Virus record (IMG/VR): IMGVR_UViG_3300020442_001467
Coordinates: 9,308-73,307 of that record
Source: a virus
DNA: 64,000 nucleotides
Strand: one strand, 5' to 3'
Below the pieces are notes generated by a model. That model searched no databases. It saw only the letters and a list, made by a program, of their open reading frames with translations, and was not told where the DNA came from. This document shows, one piece after another, positions 47,726 through 56,700 of the stretch. Within the stretch, counting starts at the first letter, position 1, and every line of letters starts with the position of its first letter. Position numbers and translations under genes: made by a program.

Positions 47726-49408
47726 ATGAACATTCTTGCAATTGCCCGTGGTCATAACGGGAGCACTACCCTGCTGGTTGACGGTAAGGTAGTATTCTAT
47801 CTAGAGGAAGAACGCCTCTCTAGATTTAAGTATGATGGTTCCCCTCTGTTGGGAATCGCAAAGGCGTTTGAATATGTTGATCATATCGACCACCTGGTCA
47901 TCTGTCACACCCACCGTGCTGGTCCAACGTTAGACTGGTCTGGTGAAGATGCATACCAGGGTTGGGTGAGGAAACTTGCCAGGAAGAAGTTTGAGTTTGA
48001 AACTCACTTCATCGATATCAATCATCATGAGATGCATGCAGCATGTGGATTCTATAACTCTGGATTTGAAGATGCTGCTTGTGTCATCGCTGACGGTGCT
48101 GGCAGTTTCCTACAGATTGAACAAGTGGGAGATGTCTCCTACGAGTTTGAAACTATCTTTGATGCATCGTATCCTGGTGAGTTTGATACTGTGTTTAAAC
48201 ACATTGGAACCAAAGCAGCTATTGGTTGCAATGAAGCAGAGAAAGGTATCTTTATTACAGAATACCCTGGTCACACCAAGATGTATGAAGCAGTAACTCA
48301 ATACTGTGGATTCCCAGCAATTGAAGCTGGCAAACTTATGGGTCTTGCTCCATACGGCAAACCCAACGAAGATTTGCCAGACTTCTTCAGAGATGGTTGG
48401 GGTAACAGGGACTTAATTATTCCTACGTATCCTAATGCTGCTCAAATTAACATTGGTCGCTATGAAATTCTCAAGAAGGATTACGAGAACCATGTAGAAG
48501 GTGAGTACACGGATATTCAAAAGGATCTTGCATACAAGATTCAGGAACAAACTTCCGACCGTATGGTTGAGTTGATTCGCAAAGCACACGAATTGACTGG
48601 TAAAAAGAACATTGTAATTTGTGGTGGTTATGGTCTCAACTGCGTTGCAAACTACAAGTATTGGAATGAGTTCCCTGACCTCAACATCTACTGCGAACCT
48701 ATTTCGCATGACGGTGGTACTTCTATTGGTGGTGCTAAATACATCTACCACAAAGTAAAAGAAACCGAAAAACCACAGAAACAGGAATCTGTTTACTATG
48801 GTCCTCAATACGCCCCTGAAGAATACCTTGCAGATCTGGGTGATCTGGAAGTTACCGACACTTCTTATGATGATGTTGCAAAACTGATTCGTGAAGGTAA
48901 CATCGTTACTATCTACCAAGGTCGTTCTGAAGGTGGTCCTCGCGCACTTGGCAACAGATCTATTCTGTTTGATCCTACTATCAAAGATGGTAAAGATCAT
49001 GTCAATGCAGTCAAGCGTCGTGAGTGGTTCCGTCCTTTCGCTTGCTCTATCAAGAAAGAAAAAGTCCATGACTGGTTCGATCTTGCAGGAAGAGAAGAAA
49101 CTCCCCATATGATGTACGCTGTTAAGTGTCATGATGGAGTAGAAGAAAAGATTCCTTCGGTTATTCATGTGGACAATACTTGCCGCATTCAGACTGTAAC
49201 CAAGGAGCAGAATGAACACTACTACAATCTCATTGATGCATTCGATAAGATTACGGATGTCCCTATTCTGTTTAACACTTCTTTTAATCTTGGTGGAGAC
49301 CCGCTGGTCGAGACAATCGAAGATGCAGTCAACACACTAGAGAAGAGCGACATCGAATGGATGTATCTCCCTGAAATTCAGAAGTTGGTCCATGTCCCAA
49401 ATCAGTGA
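47726..49408 (+). CDS. carbamoyltransferase (NodU/CmcH/TobZ family)
   Basis: EEERLSRFK, HHEMHA, ADGAG, AGKLMGLAPYG, GGYGLNCVAN, HDGGTSIG, GPRALGNRS, KRREWFRPFA, HVDNTCRIQT and NTSFN motifs. Confidence 0.95.
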   Translation: MNILAIARGHNGSTTLLVDGKVVFYLEEERLSRFKYDGSPLLGIAKAFEYVDHIDHLVICHTHRAGPTLDWSGEDAYQGWVRKLARKKFEFETHFIDINHHEMHAACGFYNSGFEDAACVIADGAGSFLQIEQVGDVSYEFETIFDASYPGEFDTVFKHIGTKAAIGCNEAEKGIFITEYPGHTKMYEAVTQYCGFPAIEAGKLMGLAPYGKPNEDLPDFFRDGWGNRDLIIPTYPNAAQINIGRYEILKKDYENHVEGEYTDIQKDLAYKIQEQTSDRMVELIRKAHELTGKKNIVICGGYGLNCVANYKYWNEFPDLNIYCEPISHDGGTSIGGAKYIYHKVKETEKPQKQESVYYGPQYAPEEYLADLGDLEVTDTSYDDVAKLIREGNIVTIYQGRSEGGPRALGNRSILFDPTIKDGKDHVNAVKRREWFRPFACSIKKEKVHDWFDLAGREETPHMMYAVKCHDGVEEKIPSVIHVDNTCRIQTVTKEQNEHYYNLIDAFDKITDVPILFNTSFNLGGDPLVETIEDAVNTLEKSDIEWMYLPEIQKLVHVPNQ

Positions 49409-50045
49409 CGACTACTTCCCAGGAATTCTAGAAGCTACCGATCTCTTGCCTAAAAAACAAGTGATCGGTATGCAGAAAACAGTATTGAATTCCGAGTTCC
49501 CATGGAACTTTGTTAGAGAGATTACGGCTCCATACCAATCGTGGAGAGACAATGACTTATACAAACAACCGTATGTAGATAGTCCTTTTTCTGTTCATGG
49601 ATTTGTTCACGAACTATGGAGTCAAGGTAAGGTAGTGTCAAAACACTACGATCAGTTTCTTCCTGTAGTCTATGCACTAGAAGATGCTGCCGATCTTGAG
49701 ATCGAAGATTTGGTGGAGTTCAGATTAAATCTCTTCACCAAGAATGTCAATAATGTGCCTTATCACATACCACATATTGATATCTCTAAACCAGGTAAGA
49801 TGTACAGTGCCATCTTTTACATTTGTGAATCAGATGGAAACACTCACTTCTTTGAGGAATTCTTCGATCCTGATGTCAAGAGATTTATCGATGGGTATCG
49901 TCCAGATCTATTCAATGTAGTAAAGACAGTACCACCAGAACAAGGTAAAGCGATTCTGTTTGATTCTAGAAGATATCATGCAAGTGCATATCCAGAAAGA
50001 CATCCAGAACGTGTAGTATTAAACATGACGTTCAAAGTCAAATGA
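49392..50045 (+). CDS. 2OG-Fe(II) oxygenase superfamily protein
   Basis: PHID (HxD)...SAIFY...DGNTHFF...YHAS...RVVLN facial triad and 2OG-binding Arg. Confidence 0.8.
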   Translation: MSQISDDYFPGILEATDLLPKKQVIGMQKTVLNSEFPWNFVREITAPYQSWRDNDLYKQPYVDSPFSVHGFVHELWSQGKVVSKHYDQFLPVVYALEDAADLEIEDLVEFRLNLFTKNVNNVPYHIPHIDISKPGKMYSAIFYICESDGNTHFFEEFFDPDVKRFIDGYRPDLFNVVKTVPPEQGKAILFDSRRYHASAYPERHPERVVLNMTFKVK

Positions 50046-50440
50046 AAATATCTTTTGTCAATGGTTGTTTTGATGTGTTACACCCAGGACACATTGAACT
50101 ATTGAAGTATGCTAGGTCTTTTGGAGACTATCTCATTGTTGCTATCGACTCCGACAGGAAGGTAGCAGAAATGAAAGGTCCCGAGAGACCTATTTTTTCG
50201 CAATCCGATAGGAGACTGATGCTGTCAGCAATCAGGTATGTTGATGTGGTCCACACGTTCGACACCAAACAAGAACTTGAGGAGTTGCTGGAATCGATCA
50301 AACCTGATACAATGGTAGTCGGTTCCGACTGGAAAGGAAAAGAAGTAGTAGGTTCACGCTATGCAAAATCAGTTCGGTTTTTTGATCGACAAGGAGACTA
50401 CTCCACAACCCAAACAATTCAAGGTACTCCTTATCGGTGA
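50042..50440 (+). CDS. rfaE: heptose-1-phosphate nucleotidyltransferase (HldE/RfaE domain II, HldC-like)
   Basis: NGCFDVLHPGH (HIGH), LIVAIDSD..V..MKGPERP, VGSDW and YSTT motifs. Confidence 0.88.
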   Translation: MKISFVNGCFDVLHPGHIELLKYARSFGDYLIVAIDSDRKVAEMKGPERPIFSQSDRRLMLSAIRYVDVVHTFDTKQELEELLESIKPDTMVVGSDWKGKEVVGSRYAKSVRFFDRQGDYSTTQTIQGTPYR

Positions 50441-51146
50441 CACCTGCACTGACAGATATGTCTATGGCAGAGTCACTAGGATCAGTCCAGAGGCACCTGT
50501 ACCAGTCATGGTCTACGATAGAGTAGAAACTGCTAAAGGTATGGCATACAACGTCAGAGAGAATCTGATGTCCTTTGGGGATGAAGTTTACATGATGACT
50601 CATGAAGCACAAATAACCAAGACTCGATACGTAGACTCCAAGTCCAACCAGCAGATCATGCGGTTGGATGAGAATGATGAAGCAGAAGATTTTGGATGGG
50701 AGTTACCCAAAGAAAAGTTTGATGCTATGGTCATCTCTGACTACAACAAAGGATTCCTTTCCCAAGAGAAGATTCAAGAACTGGTAGACTGGTTCGATGG
50801 TCCCGTTTTTATTGACAGCAAGAAAACTGTTCTCCCAACTACTTGCTTCCTTAAGATCAATGATAGGGAAGCACAACAACTAGAAGGGGAATACCCTAAT
50901 CTGATTGTCACCAAAGGTTCTGAAGGTTGTACTTACAATGGCAGAACCTTTCCTGGTATTAAGGTGCCAGTGTTTGATGTAGCAGGTGCTGGTGATACGT
51001 TCCTAGCAGCTCTGGTACATTTCTATCTGTTGCTTGGTACGATTGATCGTGCTATTCCTTATGCAAACAAAGCAGCAGCAATTGCCGTTACACACTTCGG
51101 CACTTATGTTCTATCCAAAGATGATGTAAATGAAATACGTTGTTGA
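50361..51146 (+). CDS. rfaE: heptose-7-phosphate kinase (HldE/RfaE domain I, PfkB family); start uncertain
   Basis: LLIGD...D.YVYG.V.RISPEAPVPV, ISDYNKG and VFDVAGAGDTF motifs. Confidence 0.88.
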   Translation: MQNQFGFLIDKETTPQPKQFKVLLIGDTCTDRYVYGRVTRISPEAPVPVMVYDRVETAKGMAYNVRENLMSFGDEVYMMTHEAQITKTRYVDSKSNQQIMRLDENDEAEDFGWELPKEKFDAMVISDYNKGFLSQEKIQELVDWFDGPVFIDSKKTVLPTTCFLKINDREAQQLEGEYPNLIVTKGSEGCTYNGRTFPGIKVPVFDVAGAGDTFLAALVHFYLLLGTIDRAIPYANKAAAIAVTHFGTYVLSKDDVNEIRC

Positions 51147-51453
51147 TATTGACGGCACTATCTGCTTCCCTGGCGAAGGTGATGCTGTATACACTCATGC
51201 CAGACCCAGGACGGATCGTATCAGTAGAATCAATCAACTATACATCGAAGGGCATGAAGTATACTACTTCACAGCTAGAGGTATGGGACGCTATAATAAT
51301 GATCGCCAGAAAGCATATGATGAATTCTACGAGTTCACCAAGAAACAATTATGTAACTGGGGATGCATGTTCAACGATCTGTATCTAGGCAAACCTTCTG
51401 GAGATATATACATTGACGACAAAGGAGTCAGCGACCATGAGTTCTTCAATTAA
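51130..51453 (+). CDS. HAD-family phosphatase (capsule-biosynthesis phosphatase-like; candidate GmhB equivalent)
   Basis: VDIDGTIC (DxD), FTARG and GKPSGDIYIDDK motifs. Confidence 0.8.
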   Translation: MKYVVDIDGTICFPGEGDAVYTHARPRTDRISRINQLYIEGHEVYYFTARGMGRYNNDRQKAYDEFYEFTKKQLCNWGCMFNDLYLGKPSGDIYIDDKGVSDHEFFN

Positions 51454-51790
51454 GTTCGTCCCAAAAGGTTGGGGTCACGAGAAATGGATCGTCAACAACG
51501 AAAAATACTGTGGAAAACTTTTATTCTTTGAAAAGGGAAAGAGGTGTTCTTGGCATTACCACAAAAGAAAAGAAGAAACGTTTTACATTCATTCAGGTAA
51601 ACTACAGTTAGTGTATGGATACATGGATGATTTTACAGATGCAGATACATTAATACTAACCCCTGGAGACAAGTTTGAAGTCCCCAGGGAATTGCGTCAT
51701 CAAATGAAGGCGTTAGAAGATACAGAGATGTATGAGTTCTCTACTACACACTTTGAGTCTGATTCTTATCGAGTAAAGAAAGGTGACTGA
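51437..51790 (+). CDS. cupin-fold sugar isomerase-like protein
   Basis: VPKGWGHE, CSWHYH..KEETFY and PRELRHQM cupin metal motifs; AAGGAG RBS at 51422 supports the start at 51437. Confidence 0.8.
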   Translation: MSSSIKFVPKGWGHEKWIVNNEKYCGKLLFFEKGKRCSWHYHKRKEETFYIHSGKLQLVYGYMDDFTDADTLILTPGDKFEVPRELRHQMKALEDTEMYEFSTTHFESDSYRVKKGD

Positions 51791-52565
51791 TGTAGGTCTC
51801 AATTGAGATGAACTCTTTTTGATCCCACTTAAAATTAGAAAAAGTATTGTATTGATACTTGTCTTTCAGATGTTCGGGGAAGGGGATCTCTTTGATCTCC
51901 GCCCCGAATTTTTCTGCAATGATTTCTGCTACCTGTCTGAAAGAATAGACGTGACCAGATCCTAGATCATAGATACCAGATCCAACACCATTGTTGTCTA
52001 CAATGTCTATAACATCATCCACCCAGATGAAGTCTCTCTTACAGTTTTCAGATCCCTCAAAGATTTCAATCACACCATTCTGTACTGCTTGCTCTGCAAA
52101 CTTGCTTACAGGACTGCGCTGATTGCCTTTATGTTCTTCACCCAGACCATATACATTGAAGAATCTAAATCCTTGAATGAGGTCAAACCTATCAATGTTT
52201 TCAGATACCCATAGATCCACAGCAACTTTTGACTTTGCATATAGGTTGAGAGGGTCTAGTCCACCATCAGTTCTGTTGCCATACACAGAAGCAGATGATG
52301 CATACTTTACAGGGATACCATACTCAAGTGCCTTCTCGAACAATTCAATAGAATATTCTACGTTGAAACATGTAAGTTTTTCTTCATCTGTACATGTGGT
52401 AGAAGAGATTGCACCCATGTGGATAATCTCGTCGATGTCTTTCCACCCATTAAAGTTCTCAAGCATTGCCCAAGCGTTATAATCTTCTACTCCAATGAAC
52501 GGTTGGTGCTTTTCTGCAAACTTCTTTCCAATGAATCCATTGCATCCAGTAATCAGTTTAGGCAT
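51744..52565 (-). CDS. hldD: ADP-L-glycero-D-manno-heptose 6-epimerase
   Basis: LITGCNGFIG Rossmann motif, HMGAISST, YASSASVYG, PLNLYAKSK (YxxxK), GFRFFNVYG..E.HKG and RDFIWVDD. Confidence 0.88.
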   Translation of the reverse strand: MPKLITGCNGFIGKKFAEKHQPFIGVEDYNAWAMLENFNGWKDIDEIIHMGAISSTTCTDEEKLTCFNVEYSIELFEKALEYGIPVKYASSASVYGNRTDGGLDPLNLYAKSKVAVDLWVSENIDRFDLIQGFRFFNVYGLGEEHKGNQRSPVSKFAEQAVQNGVIEIFEGSENCKRDFIWVDDVIDIVDNNGVGSGIYDLGSGHVYSFRQVAEIIAEKFGAEIKEIPFPEHLKDKYQYNTFSNFKWDQKEFISIETYISHLSLLDKNQTQSV

Positions 52566-52580
52566 CGTATTGTAGACGGG

Positions 52581-52588
52581 TATAAATA
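52581..52588 (+). promoter_or_regulatory. late promoter TATAAATA
   Basis: Exact consensus upstream of ATG 52622. Confidence 0.85.
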
Positions 52589-52597
52589 AGTATAACA
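52589..52597 (-). promoter_or_regulatory. putative extended -10 sigma70-type promoter for hldD (TGTTATACT)
   Basis: TGn-TATACT on the minus strand, 24 nt upstream of the hldD ATG at 52565. Confidence 0.4.
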
Positions 52598-52621
52598 CAG
52601 AAGGACTATAGCGACAACAAG

Positions 52622-53764
52622 ATGTCTAATCCCACTTTTGGATATTTAGCGTCTCTCGTTTCACCTAAAAAAACTAGAGTCGCACTACATACTGCCCCAA
52701 CAGGCAAAGTTGTAGAGGGTAAAATTTCGATTACACATAAAGATCCTTATCCAATTCGGGTTAGAATCGGTGTTTCTAGCGGAGGTCTACTAGACTTCAA
52801 CCCTGAAAACTATATCTTATTTGATTATGAGATTGGTGAAGGTCAGAGTTATGAGAGTGATACCATCTATTATGGTGGCGACCAATCTCTAGTTGTATGG
52901 GCAAGTTGCGATAACGCATCATTTGTTCTCCACGGTCAGATTCAAGATGACCCAACTGCTACTGGATTCGTTGCAGCAGCTCTACCAACACCAAGACAAA
53001 ACACAGCAATCTATACAGTTCCTACTGGCGAAGAGGCACTGATCAGTTTGTTTGTTGCAAACCAAGGACCATCACCTGCTAGATTTAGAGTAGCAATCAG
53101 TGATGAAGGTGCTGGTACTACAATTACTTCTGATCAATATCTGGAATACAATAGAGACATTGTTCCCAGAACTTCTTATCAAAGAACTAACTTAAAAATT
53201 CGCGGTGGTCAATCTGTAGTTGTATTCACAGATACTGCTGATGTATCCTTCTCTGTCTACGCAAAGTTTAACTACTCGGTAGTTAGTACAGACTTCTCTG
53301 TTGGCGGTGAATTGGATGTAGGCGGCGCAACTCTCTTGAGAGATGCTCTAGAAGTACAAGGCATCACCACACTGAAAGAACCATTGAATGCCGAGAAGGC
53401 AATTACATTAGGTACTGATTCTGTTCCAGCAAACCTAACTGTAAAGGGTGATATTGCAACTGGTTCTGGAAGTGTAAGTATCACAGACTCTACTGGTAAC
53501 ATCTCAACCTCTGGAGTTTTAACAGCAGGTACTATCGCAACTACTGGAAATATTACTGCAGGATCAAACAAAGTCGTCTTAAATGCAACCACTGGAGACG
53601 TTACTGTAACAGGAATTTTGGATCCTCAAGGTGGATTCCTAGGTGATCTGGATCTTCTAAATAATAAAGTAACGAATCTGGCAGATCCTGCTGCCGCAAC
53701 GGACGCTGCAAACCGCAAGTACGTTGATAGTAAGGTTGTAGCATTCTCTATCGCACTAGGATAA
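52622..53764 (+). CDS. virion structural/fibre protein
   Basis: Two beta-sandwich modules like the 42192 ORF; KVTNLADPAAATDAANRKYVD fibre neck motif. Confidence 0.75.
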   Translation: MSNPTFGYLASLVSPKKTRVALHTAPTGKVVEGKISITHKDPYPIRVRIGVSSGGLLDFNPENYILFDYEIGEGQSYESDTIYYGGDQSLVVWASCDNASFVLHGQIQDDPTATGFVAAALPTPRQNTAIYTVPTGEEALISLFVANQGPSPARFRVAISDEGAGTTITSDQYLEYNRDIVPRTSYQRTNLKIRGGQSVVVFTDTADVSFSVYAKFNYSVVSTDFSVGGELDVGGATLLRDALEVQGITTLKEPLNAEKAITLGTDSVPANLTVKGDIATGSGSVSITDSTGNISTSGVLTAGTIATTGNITAGSNKVVLNATTGDVTVTGILDPQGGFLGDLDLLNNKVTNLADPAAATDAANRKYVDSKVVAFSIALG

Positions 53765-53779
53765 TCACGGAGTTTATAA

Positions 53780-56700
53780 ATGGCAAAACGACAAATTAGA
53801 GACTATGTATTCTCCCCAGGCATCGCTGGTGTCGGTACTCTAAAGATCCTGGACAAGGTAGATGTTGATCAGATTCTGATCATCACCAATGCTACCAGCA
53901 ACCAATTTTTATATAACTTCAGTGATCCGTCCTTACCGATTTCGGTAGACTTTACCTCAACTACAGACGGATCTGACCCAGACTTCCCATACAGTAATAC
54001 ATTGTCAAATGGTGTCACCACCATTACGTTCCTGTATGATACTTCTGCACAGTTTGCTACTGACAAGATCCTAATCTTTGTAGAAGCAGAAGAGCAAAGA
54101 ACTAGACCATACGACTTCGGTACTGATGCTATCGAACGTATGAGGTTTGCAGAACCTCAATCGATGCTTGACGCTGACTTTGAGTATGGCATTCAACCAA
54201 CCAAGTGGCAGTCTCTTGACCTGCTGCGTGGTTATCCTTCTATCTACGAAGTTCCTGGATCTGACATCGGTCTCGTTGCTGTTACAACCGACGCATCTGC
54301 TGGATCAGGTGCTATTGGTCCATCGAAAATTACTGTTGATACAGTCCTGGATCATGGTTTGACTGTAGGCGATCCTGTTTCTATTAAGGGTCTGGATGAT
54401 GCTGTTTCTGGTTTCGCAAAAGCAGAAGGTTCGTTCATCATCGACGCTGTTCCTAGTACAACACAGTTTACCTACTATGCTAAAGCAAAAGTAGGAACAA
54501 CTCCTGCTACTCCACTGCTGTCCTCATTTACTGTACTGAAGCAGGCAGGATTCTACACTGGTGCTGCGATTGGTACTAACCCTGTCTTCAGTGTAGTAAC
54601 CAATGGTGCTTCGGGTAGCTTCCAAACAAAAGGATCTAACCCACAAGGGACGACAAGACTTGGTGTACAACCAGCTTCTGCACTACCTCCCATCGGTGCT
54701 CCTCTATCTGGAATCGGTCTTCCAACTGGTACACAGGTAACTTCGGTCATCAACACAAACGCTACACTAAACATTACCGACTCTTTCACTGCTCCAGTGT
54801 CAGAGATCACATTCAACGATACTGCTTCTATTGAGGTAGGTTCTTCTCTGGATGATGGTGGTGGTAATGCTATCTTCGTTACTAACATTGCTGGAAATGT
54901 TGTAACTCTATCTTCACCATACCAAATCAATAAGACTGGTAACAGCTTCGTTTCTCAACCAACGGCAGCAACTCCACTGAACTTTGGTAACGGTACTGGA
55001 GCACAGTTTGATATCACCAGAGAGAATGGTTCATACTCAACTGTTGTTATCAACACCCAAAACTTCTACAATCAAGTAACTGGCGCATACTCTGGTCAGT
55101 TGGGTAACGGTGCAGAATTTGTTGTAGAAAGAACTGGTGGTGCATCCCCAGCATACGCCAATATCTTCACTTCTTCATCTGGTAGTGATTACTCATTAAA
55201 TGAAACTATCACTATTGATGGTGCTGATCTTGGTGGCGCAACTAGCACAAACGATCTAACTATCACAATTACTTCGGTTGGTATTAACGGAGAAATTACT
55301 GGTTTAAGTTTTACTGGTGTTGCTAGCAACCAACTACAAAATGCTGGACAAAACTTCGCTGTTGGAGAAGACCTAGTTGTATATGGTAATGCATTGGGCG
55401 GCACGTCACCAATCAATGATCTAACCATCTCCGTCACCGCAGTTGGCACATCTGGAGAAATTCTTGGGTTCAACGTTACTGGTACAGCAATTCCTTCCAC
55501 AGCAAATTATGCTGGTGTAGAACAATCTTCCACAACTGGTAGTGGTATCAATGCAGGATTCCAAATCGAAAGAATTGGTGCTGGTATCGCAACCGCACAG
55601 GTAGATAACGTCGTCATCGGCGGTACTATTGAAGGAGATGATACTTTCAGAATCACCATCAATGGAACCGATGACTATACCTATACAGCAAATGCTGGTG
55701 AAACCATTGTTGCTGTTAGAAATGGTTTGGTTAACGCTGTCAATGATCCATCAACAGGATCTAGTGTTGTACAAGCAACTACTGGTGCAACTAGTGACAC
55801 TCTGGAATTGACAGCACTTACTGCTGGTACAGCATTTACAATTTCTGTACTAACAGAAGATCAAGGTGGTAATCCTGCTGACACGCAGACGATGACTACC
55901 AACAACGTCACACCAAACGCTAGCAGCAGCACTACTCCAACGTATAACGTAGGTATTGCTAACCCTGGTCAAGCATATGCAAACGGCGATGACATTGTTA
56001 TCACTGGTGATCAACTAGGTGGTACATTTGGCACCCATGATTTAACCATCACTGTACAAACTGTTAATGCACAGGGTGGCATCACTGGTATCACTCACTC
56101 GGGTACTCCATGGGATGGTAACCAAACATACCTCAACATGAATCCAAACCCAATTGCATTCAACGCAACCTTTATTCCTAGAATTTCTAGCGGTAACTAT
56201 ACTCCAGAAATTTCTAACGCTGGTGAAGGTTACAAATTGGGTTATCAATTTATCATCCCAGGCACATCTTTGGGTGGTGCGTCACCAACCAACGATATGA
56301 CAATTACTGTCGATGACGTTGATGCTTCTGGCGCAATTCAATTAGCAAGTGCTACTGGTACACCAGTTAGTGGCGATACTATTGCATTCTTCCCAGCAGT
56401 TTCTCTGTCTGCTGCAACCACTAATGTCATTGGTTCAAACTCTACAGTTACATACTCTGCTATCGCAAAGATCAACGTAGAGTTCTCATCGAACCATGGT
56501 CTGGTTCCTGGAGATACTATTCTGACATCTATCACATCTAGTGGTAATGGTCACGATCTAGCATCTGGTCCTTTCTTCGTTGATGAAGTACCTGGTCTAG
56601 ATAACTTCACCTTCACCGCAAGATCAACGGGCAACGTCTCTGGTGGTATTACTGGTGTTGTGTATCCAAGAACCGACTCGTTCTATACACACAGACCATT

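Noticed and set aside
48413-49219. 268-aa antisense ORF within the carbamoyltransferase
   Set aside because: Antisense shadow of a strongly conserved enzyme; no motifs or expression signals
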